A stretch of 64,000 nucleotides of DNA. Source: an uncultured Chthoniobacterales bacterium (GTDB lineage Bacteria; Verrucomicrobiota; Verrucomicrobiia; Chthoniobacterales; SZAS-18). Position numbers and translations under genes: made by a program. The notes below the pieces were generated by a model, which was not told where the DNA came from, ran no database searches, and saw nothing but the letters and a program-made list of their open reading frames with translations. The stretch is taken from NCBI GenBank assembly GCA_964250695.1, contig CAXUGY010000013.1, positions 5,291 through 69,290 on the forward strand. Reading direction: 5' to 3'. How positions within the stretch are numbered: the stretch's first letter is position 1; each line of letters begins with the position of its first letter. Shown here one piece after another: positions 38,100-47,146 of the stretch.

Positions 38100-39062
38100 A
38101 TGATTTCCACGTTCCGCCAGCATTTTGCGCCCCTTGGCCGCACCGTCCGCCTCCTGTTTGCCAGCGGTTGCTTGTTCACGGGAGCCCTGGTTCCCGCGCC
38201 GACGGCCCACGCCAGCCTCGGACTGCCGATGGACACGGTCTTCCGGGGCCGCGCGACCTTCGACCGGCTCGTAGCCCGCGCCGAACGCGAAAACTGGCGG
38301 GCGTTGCCCATCGGCGAGCGCACCGTGCGCGTCGGACTCGCGCTGGCTGGCACCCCGTATGCGGGTTATACGCTGGAAATCGACAACCGCATCGAAGCGC
38401 CCTCGGTCGATTTCGCCGGTCTGGATTGCTGGACGTTTTTCGAGACCTCGCTCGGCTTCGCCCGGATGCTCCACGCCAAAGGGCCGCCCTACGCGCCGGA
38501 AGATTTGTTGCGCATGGTCGAGCTGGATCGCTACCGCCACGGCCAATGCACCGGGCAATACCTCTCGCGCATCCATTTCCTGGAAGAGCTTTTCTACGAC
38601 AACGAAAAACGCGGCCTCCTGACGAACATCACCCGCCGTCTCGACGGGGCCGAACGCATGGAACACCGCGACATCCGCGAGATGACCGTGATGTGGCGGC
38701 ATTACCGCTACCTGCGCAACAACCCGTCGTTGCTGCCGGGAATGGCGCGCATCCAGGAATACGTTTCCGACCTGCCCGTGTACCACGTTCCCAAGCAGCG
38801 GGTCCCTGCCATCGAGCGCGACCTGCGCGACGGCGACATCATCGCCATCACCAGCCGCGATACCGGCGGGTACACCTCGCACGTCGGGCTGGCCTACCGC
38901 GATCCGAGCGGCGTGCTGCGTTTTCTGCACGCGTCGTCCAAACAGGGGCGCGTGTTGGTCGATGACCGTTTGTCCGTTTATCTGGCGTCGAAACGCGACG
39001 ACGCGGGGATCGTCGTCGCGCGTCCTTCGGACGTGCCCACGGGTTTCCTGGCGGAGCGTTGA
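38100..39062 (+). CDS. DUF1460 / NlpC-P60-like N-acetylmuramoyl-L-alanine amidase
   Basis: Signal peptide; GTPYAGYTLE, GLDCWTFFE, RIHF, SHVGLA, LHASS. Confidence 0.82.
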   Translation: MISTFRQHFAPLGRTVRLLFASGCLFTGALVPAPTAHASLGLPMDTVFRGRATFDRLVARAERENWRALPIGERTVRVGLALAGTPYAGYTLEIDNRIEAPSVDFAGLDCWTFFETSLGFARMLHAKGPPYAPEDLLRMVELDRYRHGQCTGQYLSRIHFLEELFYDNEKRGLLTNITRRLDGAERMEHRDIREMTVMWRHYRYLRNNPSLLPGMARIQEYVSDLPVYHVPKQRVPAIERDLRDGDIIAITSRDTGGYTSHVGLAYRDPSGVLRFLHASSKQGRVLVDDRLSVYLASKRDDAGIVVARPSDVPTGFLAER

Positions 39063-39079
39063 TTTTTTGACGGCTGGGA

Positions 39080-40924
39080 TCAAGCGACGGCTTCCTCCAG
39101 TTCCACCACGAGCCGGTCCATGATGTATGTCCGCCGCTCGGGGGTGTTCTTGCCCATGTAGAAGTCGAGGATGTGCGGCGTGGCCGGGAGATTTTCGACC
39201 GCCACCGGGGTGATCCGCATTTCCGGCCCGACGAACGCCTTGAACTCGCCCGGCGAGATTTCCCCGAGACCTTTGAAGCGCGTGATCTCCGGCCCCGCAA
39301 TGGCTTTGAGCGCCGCCACCCGTTCAGCCTCGTCGTAGCAATACACCGTCTTTTTCTTGTTGCGCACCCGGAACAGCGGCGTTTCCAGAATGTAGAGGTG
39401 GCCGCGCGTGATCAGGTCCGGGAAAAACCGCAGGAAGAACGTGATGAGCAGGTTGCGGATGTGCAGGCCGTCCACGTCGGCGTCGGTGGCCAGGATGACT
39501 TTCTCGTAGCGCAAGCCTTCGATGCTCTCCTCGACGTTGAGAGCACGCATCAGGTTGTAAAGCTCGTCGTTCTTGTAGAGAGCCGCGCGTTTTAGGTCGT
39601 TGACGTTGAGCGGTTTACCTTTCAGCACGAAAATTGCCTGCGTCATCACGTCGCGGCAACTCACCAGCGAACCCGCCGCCGATTGGCCTTCCGTCAGGAA
39701 CACCATCGAGCCGTTGCCCCCGCCCTTTTTTTGGTTGAGGTGCATCTTGCAATCCTTGAGTTGCGGGATGCGCAGGGTGATCGCGCCGCTGCGTTCGCGG
39801 GCCAGTTTTTTCACGCTGGCTAACTCCCGGCGCAACCGGGCGGTGTCTTCCACCTTGGCGACGATTTTTTCGGCCGCTTCGGGATTGCGGTGGAGCAAGT
39901 CACTGACGATGTCCTGCACTTTTTTGACCAGATCGCCCCGAATTTCCGTGTTGCCCAGTTTGTTCTTGGTTTGCGACTCGAACACCGGGTCCTTGAGCCG
40001 GATGGCGAACGCCCCGACCAGGCCCTCGCGCACGTCGTCGCCCTCGTACTTCTTCTTGGTGAAATCGTTGACCGCCTTGAGAATCCCCTCGCGGAAGGCA
40101 CTCAAATGCGTGCCGCCGTCGCTGGTGAACTGGCCGTTGACGAACGAGTAATGCGTCTCGTTGAAACGTTGCGTGTGGGTCAACGCCAATTCGAGGGTTC
40201 TCTCCCGGTGGTGCAACGGGGCGTAGAGGGCGTCCTGCTGGTTGTCGGTGTCCTCGTCGAGCAAATCAAGGAGGCCGTTCTTCGAGTGGTAGAGGGTGCC
40301 GTTGTAGCGGATTTTCAGCCCGGCGTTCAGGTAGGTGTACATCCGCAACCGGCGCGTGACGTGCTCTTCCTTGAACTCGGACCGTTTGAAGATTTCCGGG
40401 TCGGGCGAGAACTCGATCAGCGTGCCGTTGTGCTCGCCAGCTTTATCTGCGCCCTTCTTCTGCGCGAGCAGCACGCCGCGCTCGAAATGGGCCCGGGCGA
40501 ACTGCCCGTCGCGGAAACTGGCCACCGCGAACGACTTCGACAGCGCGTTGACCGCCTTGGTCCCCACGCCGTTCAGACCGACGCTGAACTGGAACACGTC
40601 ATCATTGTACTTCGCGCCGGTGTTGATGCGCGAAACGCACTCGACCACTTTGCCCAGCGGGATACCGCGTCCGTGGTCACGCACGACCACATCCATGCCC
40701 TGGATGGAAACGTGTACCTCGTTGCCGTGGCCCATGATGAACTCGTCGATGGCGTTGTCGATCACCTCCTTGAGCAGCACGTAGACGCCATCGTCGTAAT
40801 GGCTGCCGTCGCCAATCCGCCCGATGTACATGCCGGTGCGGGCGCGGATGTGTTCGAGCGAGGAGAGCGTCTTGATCTTGCTCTCGTCGTAGACGTGCGA
40901 TTGGCTGGAGAAAGGCGCGGGCAT
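39080..40924 (-). CDS. parE: Type IIA topoisomerase subunit B (topoisomerase IV ParE-like)
   Basis: LEHIRARTGMYIG, EVIDNAIDE, GLNGVGTKAVNALS, TEGQSAAG, ATDADVDGLHI, ILETPLF, RFKGLGEI; 614 aa without the GyrB insertion. Confidence 0.85.
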   Translation of the reverse strand: MPAPFSSQSHVYDESKIKTLSSLEHIRARTGMYIGRIGDGSHYDDGVYVLLKEVIDNAIDEFIMGHGNEVHVSIQGMDVVVRDHGRGIPLGKVVECVSRINTGAKYNDDVFQFSVGLNGVGTKAVNALSKSFAVASFRDGQFARAHFERGVLLAQKKGADKAGEHNGTLIEFSPDPEIFKRSEFKEEHVTRRLRMYTYLNAGLKIRYNGTLYHSKNGLLDLLDEDTDNQQDALYAPLHHRERTLELALTHTQRFNETHYSFVNGQFTSDGGTHLSAFREGILKAVNDFTKKKYEGDDVREGLVGAFAIRLKDPVFESQTKNKLGNTEIRGDLVKKVQDIVSDLLHRNPEAAEKIVAKVEDTARLRRELASVKKLARERSGAITLRIPQLKDCKMHLNQKKGGGNGSMVFLTEGQSAAGSLVSCRDVMTQAIFVLKGKPLNVNDLKRAALYKNDELYNLMRALNVEESIEGLRYEKVILATDADVDGLHIRNLLITFFLRFFPDLITRGHLYILETPLFRVRNKKKTVYCYDEAERVAALKAIAGPEITRFKGLGEISPGEFKAFVGPEMRITPVAVENLPATPHILDFYMGKNTPERRTYIMDRLVVELEEAVA

Positions 40925-41054
40925 CGGTTTGTAGTAAATGTAGTATTTTCCGCGCGTTCTGGCAAGAACAATCTGTGGGAGAGCTATCCGATAGTAACCG
41001 GACCGCTTGGCCTGACAACCCGGACGCCACCGCGCACCGCGGCGGTGGGAAATG

Positions 41055-41084
41055 GGGACTGGCTCGGAGAGCGATCCCTACCTT
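41055..41084 (-). repeat. GTAG-type REP element (copy 2)
   Basis: Reverse complement AAGGTAGGGATCGCTCTCCGAGCCAGTCCC, one mismatch to 31226-31255. Confidence 0.75.
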
Positions 41085-41089
41085 GTTTA

Positions 41090-43051
41090 CTACCCGGACG
41101 CCGCGCGCACCGCGTCCGCAGGGGTGGCTTCCAACGCCGGGTTCGGCAGGCAATGAACGAACGGGCAAACTTGCGAAATCGCTGCTCCGAGCGACTCGAC
41201 GACCCAATCGGCATGGACCGTCTGCAAATTTTTGCGCGAACCGACCGCCGGGCGTTTCAAGTCCCACAATCCGATCAAGATTTTCAACTGCGGATAGCGC
41301 GCACGCATCCGCTTGGCGAGGTAACGCGCCTGCATCACGGCAAACGGACGCACCAGCGAAAGGCAGACGACATCGGCCTCGCACGCGGCAAAAGCGTCGA
41401 GCGCCTCGTTGGCCAGCGCCTTGTGCGAGAGCACTTTGCTGCCCACCCCGCCGAGCGTGAGCAAGTGCGAGAGCATCTCGCCCGCCAACTCGTCCGCCGC
41501 GTTTTTCACGGGCAGGATCAGCACGCGCAGAGGCAAATCCTCCGCGTGCGCCACGGTCGCCGGCAGCGCGGAGGCGACCTGATCCGGCGTGGTTTCCACA
41601 CGGTCGGCGGCGGCTTCAACGGCGGACTCGGGGATCAACTCCGCCGAAGGGCGCTCCCGTAATTCATCGACCAAAACGCGCGCGGTCTGAAGAATGAAAT
41701 CCTGCCGGTCCAGCCCGAGGCTGCCCTGTTGCGCATCGGTCTGCGCCTGGTTAAGCGTGGGAATGAGCACGCTGTCGTAAAACTCGGCCACCGGATGTCC
41801 GGCCAGATATTCATCGACCAACTGGGAAATTTCCTCCTGGTCCGCCGCGAGCAAGCGTTGGTACAAGCGCGCGTCCTGCGGCAGCACCGGCTCGTCACCA
41901 AGCAGCGTGTGCAAAAATTCCAGTTGCGGCACGTAGCGTCCCAGCACCACGATGCACACCGTCAGCGGCGTGGACAACAGCAGCCCCATGCCGCCCCAGA
42001 GCCACGTCCAGAACGTCGCCGCCACGACAATCGCCACCGGCGACAGGCCGGTGCTGGTGCCGTAAAGCCACGGTTCGACCGCGTTCCCCGTCACGAGTTC
42101 AAGGGCCACGAACAGCCCGAGCGTCAGCGCCACGGGCCAGGAAGACGCGAAAGCCCCCGTCGCCAACGCCAGCGGCCCCACCGCGCTGATCCACACGCCC
42201 ACGTAGGGCACGAACCGCAGCGAGGCCGCCAGGATTCCCCACAACGGCGCGGCGGGCACCCCGATGAAAAACAAACCGAGCGCGATCCCCGCACCGAACG
42301 TCACGTTGACCGTCACCTGCATCAACAGATACCGGCTCACACGCTGGCCAGCCTCATCCACCGCCTGCGTGGTGATCGGCAAGCGGTCCGGTCCCGTCAG
42401 GTGCAGCAAACGGTCGCGCAGGTCTTCTCGTTGGATCAACATGAAGATCGTAAAAATAACGACCACGAACGCCGTGCCCACCGGGGTCAGCAGGGTGCCG
42501 AACAGGTTGCGCAGAAACTGCGGCGCGGTCACCGACGGCACGACGATCCGCACAGGCAGCGGCGGCTTTTCCGGCTCCGCCACCGGTCGCGCGGAAAGCA
42601 ACGCGGGAATCGAGACCGCGCCCGGGCTGGAAGGGACGGCGGGCGCCTCCGATTTTTTTTCGATGTCGGCCAGCACCGTGGCGGCAGTCTTGATGGCCCC
42701 GCCATGTCCGCGCAAATCCTGGAGCTTGCGTTGGATGTTGTCCTGATAGCCGGGCAGTTTTTCCGCCAGGCCCACGACCTGATGCGCCGTCACCCAACCC
42801 ACCGCCGCGAAAATTCCGAAGAAGGCGGCGGTAACCACCAGAACCGACGGAACCCGCCAGAGACCGATTCGTTCGATCCTGCGGACTACCGGACCGAGCA
42901 AGAAACTGAATAAAATCGCCAGCGCCAGAGGGATTAAAACCTCTCTGGCGAAGTAGAGGACCGCCACGATTCCCACCAGCACCCCATAAGGCAGCGGGCG
43001 GGAATGCGGGGCTGAAAGTGGGGCGCGCACGATCAAAGTGTCGCTTCCCAT
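41090..43051 (-). CDS. AI-2E (PerM) family transporter with soluble C-terminal extension
   Basis: LIPLALAILFSFLL, LRFVPYVG, VEPWLYG, GLLLSTPLTV; C-terminal Rossmann-like segment (DVVCLS...ILIGLW). Confidence 0.85.
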   Translation of the reverse strand: MGSDTLIVRAPLSAPHSRPLPYGVLVGIVAVLYFAREVLIPLALAILFSFLLGPVVRRIERIGLWRVPSVLVVTAAFFGIFAAVGWVTAHQVVGLAEKLPGYQDNIQRKLQDLRGHGGAIKTAATVLADIEKKSEAPAVPSSPGAVSIPALLSARPVAEPEKPPLPVRIVVPSVTAPQFLRNLFGTLLTPVGTAFVVVIFTIFMLIQREDLRDRLLHLTGPDRLPITTQAVDEAGQRVSRYLLMQVTVNVTFGAGIALGLFFIGVPAAPLWGILAASLRFVPYVGVWISAVGPLALATGAFASSWPVALTLGLFVALELVTGNAVEPWLYGTSTGLSPVAIVVAATFWTWLWGGMGLLLSTPLTVCIVVLGRYVPQLEFLHTLLGDEPVLPQDARLYQRLLAADQEEISQLVDEYLAGHPVAEFYDSVLIPTLNQAQTDAQQGSLGLDRQDFILQTARVLVDELRERPSAELIPESAVEAAADRVETTPDQVASALPATVAHAEDLPLRVLILPVKNAADELAGEMLSHLLTLGGVGSKVLSHKALANEALDAFAACEADVVCLSLVRPFAVMQARYLAKRMRARYPQLKILIGLWDLKRPAVGSRKNLQTVHADWVVESLGAAISQVCPFVHCLPNPALEATPADAVRAASG

Positions 43052-43122
43052 TCGCTGCGCAACCGACGCGAACTGGAACGCAGCTCTATCTTTATTGGGT
43101 GAACCACGCCGTCATTTCGTTT

Positions 43123-43230
43123 TTTGTCATCCTGAGCGGAGGCTGGCAGCCGCCGTCGCAGGACCTTCCGGTGTCTGCTGACGACCGGGAGATCCTTCGA
43201 TGCGCTTACGCGCTTGCTCAGGATGACAAA
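43123..43230. mobile_element. Palindromic MITE/RPE-like element (GTCATCCTGAGC family), copy 1
   Basis: Perfect 15-bp terminal inverted repeats TTTGTCATCCTGAGC/GCTCAGGATGACAAA; internal GGACCTTCCG...GATCCTTCGA shared with 53666-53837. Confidence 0.7.
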
Positions 43231-43271
43231 GTTTTGAAAGGACCACGCGGCTGGCCCCATCAGGATGCGCT

Positions 43272-43421
43272 CTAGATCCCGGGACGCCGACCGGTCACCA
43301 GTTGAATGACGAGCACCACGAGCGCGACCACCAGCAAAATGTGAATCAGCCAGCCGACGCTCCCGAGGGTGAAGCCCAACAGCCAGAGAACGAGCAAGAC
43401 GACAATGATGGTCCAGAGCAT
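43272..43421 (-). CDS. lmo0937-like (DUF5670) small membrane protein, 49 aa
   Basis: Translated by hand, absent from ORF track: MLWTIIVVLLVLWLLGFTLGSVGWLIHILLVVALVVLVIQLVTGRRPGI. Confidence 0.85.
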   Translation of the reverse strand: MLWTIIVVLLVLWLLGFTLGSVGWLIHILLVVALVVLVIQLVTGRRPGI

Positions 43422-43599
43422 AAAAACAGAGTGTTTTGAAGTTTACAACCGCCGGTGCAGACAATCGTTGTCCGACCCGGCGTCGTTATACTATCGGACC
43501 CCGGTGGGCGGGAAGACGGCTCAAGCCAAGGAAAATTTTCGGGGCTAAAGTCCTCACCCATCCATTGCCCGTGTTACCGCCGTCGCGCGCCCGGCCCGT

Positions 43600-44253
43600 T
43601 CAATGCGCGTGACACATCTCCTCGCGGAACTGCATCGACTTCTGCGCGAGCTTGCGCAACGCGAGGTCGAGCCGCGTCTTGATCGTGCCCAAGGGAATCC
43701 CGGTGCGGGAGGCGATCTCGCGCTGGCTCATTTCCTTGAAGTAGCTCAGGTGGATCACCCGGCCCTGTTCGACGGGCAGCGTGCCGATCATGCCGGTAAG
43801 AAAATCCCGCAGGTCACGGTTCACGGCCTGATCGTCCTTCGCGGCGACGGCGGTCAGGCCGTTGGACATGGTCCCCTCGCCTTCCTCGCTTTCCAAGCGT
43901 AGTTTTTCGCTGGCTTCCGCCCGGCGGCGGATTTTGCGATAGTGGTCAATCGCGCGGCGGCGGGCCATGCAGATGATCCAACCCAGCGGCTTGCCCTTGC
44001 GGACATCGAAGTTGGCCGCGCGGGTCCAGATTTCCATGAACACGTCCTGGAGGGCTTCCTCCGCGTCCGCTTCGTTCGGCAGGATTTCCATGACGATCTT
44101 GCTGATCAGCGGACGGTAGCGGGCGTAGAGTTGGCCGAGTGCCTTCTGCTCGCGGTTGATGATGTCCTGCATCAACGTTTCGTCGCTGGCCTCGGGTGCG
44201 CCGGTCGCGGTTTCTTCCGTTTGGTTTGACGATGTCTGCATGATGAGGGTCAT
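43600..44253 (-). CDS. ECF-type RNA polymerase sigma-70 factor
   Basis: AEEALQDVFMEIW (region 2), ARRRAID, MSQREIA...IPLGTIKTRL (region 4). Confidence 0.92.
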   Translation of the reverse strand: MTLIMQTSSNQTEETATGAPEASDETLMQDIINREQKALGQLYARYRPLISKIVMEILPNEADAEEALQDVFMEIWTRAANFDVRKGKPLGWIICMARRRAIDHYRKIRRRAEASEKLRLESEEGEGTMSNGLTAVAAKDDQAVNRDLRDFLTGMIGTLPVEQGRVIHLSYFKEMSQREIASRTGIPLGTIKTRLDLALRKLAQKSMQFREEMCHAH

Positions 44254-44618
44254 TTGCTAGGTAGATAGAGACGTGCGTTTATAAAATCATTCCTCGGAGG
44301 GCCGCGCTATCGGGCCGCGCGCTGTAATTACCCTAGTATGGCTGCCTCACCCGGCAATAGGGGAAACCCCCGGTTGCTTCCTAAGAAAGAAGCTTGCGGG
44401 AGACCGGGGTTTACGGCATGGATGGTTTTTGTTCCCGCCATCGGCTTGGAGACTCGATGCCCGCTCATCCAGAGGCGCTCGCCATTTTTCTTTCGCGGCA
44501 GGCGTCATTATGCAGCCGCCGCGCGTTTTCCATCCATGTGCTGATCCCCGACATGCCGCGCACGTGGCTGCCCGGCTGCTGTTGACCGCAGGCGATGCTT
44601 CCCTTTCCTGTGCAATCC

Positions 44619-45341
44619 ATGACTTCCACCTCCGATGCCGTCCCTAAGACGCGCGTTTTCCTGATCGATGATCACCCGATCATGCGGCAGGGTTTGGCGA
44701 ACGTGCTCAACCAGCAGGCCACGCTCTGCGTTTGCGGCGAGGCGAGTGACCCGGCGGAGGCGCTGAGCGCGGTCGAACGCTTGCAGCCGGATCTGGCGCT
44801 GGTGGACCTTTCGTTGCGGAGCGGCGACGGCATCGAACTGCTCAAGGACCTGCGCGTGCGGCAGCCCCGGATGCTCACGCTGGTGCTTTCGATGCACGAC
44901 GAGGCGCTCTACGCCGAGCGGGCGTTGCGCGCTGGGGCGCGGGGGTACGTGATGAAGCAGGAAAAGATTGACCGCTTGTTGCTGGCCATCAGCCGGGTGC
45001 TTTCCGGAGCGATCTACGTCAGCGACCAGGTGGCAGCGCACGCGGTGCAGCGGCTGGCGGTGGGCGGGAACCACAGCGGCACGGCGGCCGGCGCTCCGGC
45101 AGCGACGCAATCGCTCGACACGTATGTCCAGCGGTTGACCGACCGGGAGTTGCAGGTGTTCCGGCTCATCGGACGCGGCCTGGGGACCCGGCTCATCGCC
45201 GAAACGCTGCACCTCAGCCGCAAGACCATCGAGAGCCACCGCGAACACATCAAGACCAAGCTCGCTCTCAAGGACGGCAGCGAGTTGATCCAGCGCGCGA
45301 TCCAGTGGGCCCGGGCGGCGCCGGATTCGGTGGACCTGTAA
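44619..45341 (+). CDS. NarL/LuxR-family response regulator (orphan)
   Basis: LIDDHPIMR, LVDLSL, LSMHDE, GARGYVMK, LTDRELQVF...LSRKTIESHR. Confidence 0.93.
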   Translation: MTSTSDAVPKTRVFLIDDHPIMRQGLANVLNQQATLCVCGEASDPAEALSAVERLQPDLALVDLSLRSGDGIELLKDLRVRQPRMLTLVLSMHDEALYAERALRAGARGYVMKQEKIDRLLLAISRVLSGAIYVSDQVAAHAVQRLAVGGNHSGTAAGAPAATQSLDTYVQRLTDRELQVFRLIGRGLGTRLIAETLHLSRKTIESHREHIKTKLALKDGSELIQRAIQWARAAPDSVDL

Positions 45342-45450
45342 GAATGGTCCGCAGATTTCCGCAGATGAAAGAAGAGAGGACAGAAGAAATCTTTCTTTGT
45401 ACCTGCTTCAATCTGCGGAAATCTGCGTAATCTGCGGACCATTCTTACAG
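45336..45450. repeat. Palindromic CCGCAGAT/ATCTGCGG repeat element, copy 1
   Basis: Perfect 22-bp terminal IR CTGTAAGAATGGTCCGCAGATT / AATCTGCGGACCATTCTTACAG plus a second inner IR. Confidence 0.8.
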
Positions 45451-46599
45451 CATCTTCCGCAACGTCTTCGTGCCCTCGAAACACTCCTCCGCACAGGCGC
45501 GCGCCTGCCGGGACAGCACCGGCCAGTCACGCAACGTGCGCTCGACGGCTTCCCGCGCCTGTTCCAGCGTGCGGATTTCCACGAACCCGCTTTCCGGCGG
45601 GAGGTAACGGCCCACGGCGGCATCCTCCGTGATGACCGGGCGGCCCGTCGCCAGGAACGCCGCCGCGCGGTCGCTCACCCAACCGGTGCGCCACAGGCAG
45701 TCCACGCCCTTGATCGCCGTGAACTCCGCCAGCGCGCCGCGCAGATACCGGCGGTACACGGCGGGCGAGGACGCCACCTCGTGCGGCTCGACGCAATGCC
45801 AGCCGTGCGCTTCCAACCGCACGCGCTCCGGGTTGCCGGGGCCGAGGTTCATGGCCAGTTCCATCCGGGCGGCGGGCACCAGGGAGGGCAGGGTCAAAAA
45901 CGGCTCGAACCGGGCGCGCTTGGACAGGTCGGGGAACGCGCCGTCCACCTCGATGTTGTTCGCCCAATACCACTGGCCGATGGTCGTGAACCGCCCTTGC
46001 GGCGGGCGCGGGGCCGGGCGGTTGAGCGTGGTGTCCACCAACGGGAAAAAGGTTTGCCAGCGGAGACCGTTGTCGGGCAACAGGCAGTCAGGGGCGTGGT
46101 GGTTGAGGCCGATGGTCCAGAACTCGTGGTGGAACGACTGGCCCATCTCGACGCGGGTCATCCAGAAGGAAATCTCGCCGGGGTCCAGGTCGCAAAAGAG
46201 CCGCCGCTCGAAGCGCAGCAGGAACGGCGGGTGGATCGAATAACTCAGGTTGAGGAGGGTGTTCGGACCGGCGAGGCGGTTTTCCAGTTCGGCCTTGCTC
46301 AGGCCGTAGGCGCGCATCACCGGGAGGTCGTGTGCGTCGCCGGCCGGGTCCTGGTAAAGCAGGCAGTAGTGGTTTTCGAGGCCATGCTGCGCGAGGCGTT
46401 CGCGGAACGAGCGGATGCAGGCGCGGTCCTGGGCGGGGTCCTGGCTGGCCGGGAGCAGTTCCAGCCAGACGAAATCGACGCCCAGTTTTTGCAACCCGAG
46501 CGCCCATTGCAGCGGCACGGAAAAGTTCCCGCCTCCGAGCCGGTACTTGGCCGCGAAACCGCTGCCGAGGAAGACGGTGCCTGCGTTGCGTGGTTTCAT
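45445..46599 (-). CDS. Glycosyltransferase-like hypothetical protein (GT-B, CgeB/YkvP-like C-terminus)
   Basis: WVSDRAAAFLATGRPVITED and C-terminal helix pattern resemble GT-B donor-binding domains. Confidence 0.55.
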   Translation of the reverse strand: MKPRNAGTVFLGSGFAAKYRLGGGNFSVPLQWALGLQKLGVDFVWLELLPASQDPAQDRACIRSFRERLAQHGLENHYCLLYQDPAGDAHDLPVMRAYGLSKAELENRLAGPNTLLNLSYSIHPPFLLRFERRLFCDLDPGEISFWMTRVEMGQSFHHEFWTIGLNHHAPDCLLPDNGLRWQTFFPLVDTTLNRPAPRPPQGRFTTIGQWYWANNIEVDGAFPDLSKRARFEPFLTLPSLVPAARMELAMNLGPGNPERVRLEAHGWHCVEPHEVASSPAVYRRYLRGALAEFTAIKGVDCLWRTGWVSDRAAAFLATGRPVITEDAAVGRYLPPESGFVEIRTLEQAREAVERTLRDWPVLSRQARACAEECFEGTKTLRKML

Positions 46600-46771
46600 G
46601 CGTTGGCGTCCAGCAAACCGTTGGGGGCTGCGGCTGGCAAGCACGGACGGAACGGCCCGGATGGAAATTCAACGTCGGGCAGCGGTGGAGTCGCGCCCGC
46701 TGCTTTTCGTCTTGACGCCAACGGGTCCACCAAGAAAAATCACGACCGTCGCAAGTTCGGAGTTCCCATCC

Positions 46772-47146
46772 ATGAAACCCATCCTCCGCTGGTCCGTCAG
46801 CATCCTCGTCGTTGCCTGGGTATTTTTTTCCCTGGCGGACGTTTCCCAAGCCAAAGGCAAACCCAAACCGGCCAAAGTTCCGTACACGGGGATCGTCTCG
46901 GTAGACACGACGGCGATGACGATCACCGTCGAGCCGAAGAACAGCACGGCGACGGGCACCAGGACCTACAAGTTCAGCCCGCTGACCAAGATCACGGTGA
47001 ACGGCCAACCCGGCACGCTCGCCGGTCTGGTCCCGGGCCAGCAGATTCGGATTGGCGCGGGCATGAACCCGGACGTGGCCGCTGAAATCCACGTGACGCC
47101 GCCGCCGCCTGACCCCAAGTACGTGGGGGGCGGGACGACTAAGTAA
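46772..47146 (+). CDS. Small exported beta-rich hypothetical protein (124 aa)
   Basis: Signal peptide ending VSQA; GIVSVD..AMTITV..TKITVNG..LVPGQQIRI OB-fold-like pattern. Confidence 0.65.
   Translation: MKPILRWSVSILVVAWVFFSLADVSQAKGKPKPAKVPYTGIVSVDTTAMTITVEPKNSTATGTRTYKFSPLTKITVNGQPGTLAGLVPGQQIRIGAGMNPDVAAEIHVTPPPPDPKYVGGGTTK

Noticed and set aside
44298-44412. GGGCCGCGC direct repeat and a hairpin between the ECF sigma and response regulator
   Set aside because: Short GC-rich motifs likely to occur by chance; no independent support
45336-45450. CRISPR array (short tandem units)
   Set aside because: Units are 9-10 nt, arranged as inverted repeats with no unique spacers, and no cas genes are present
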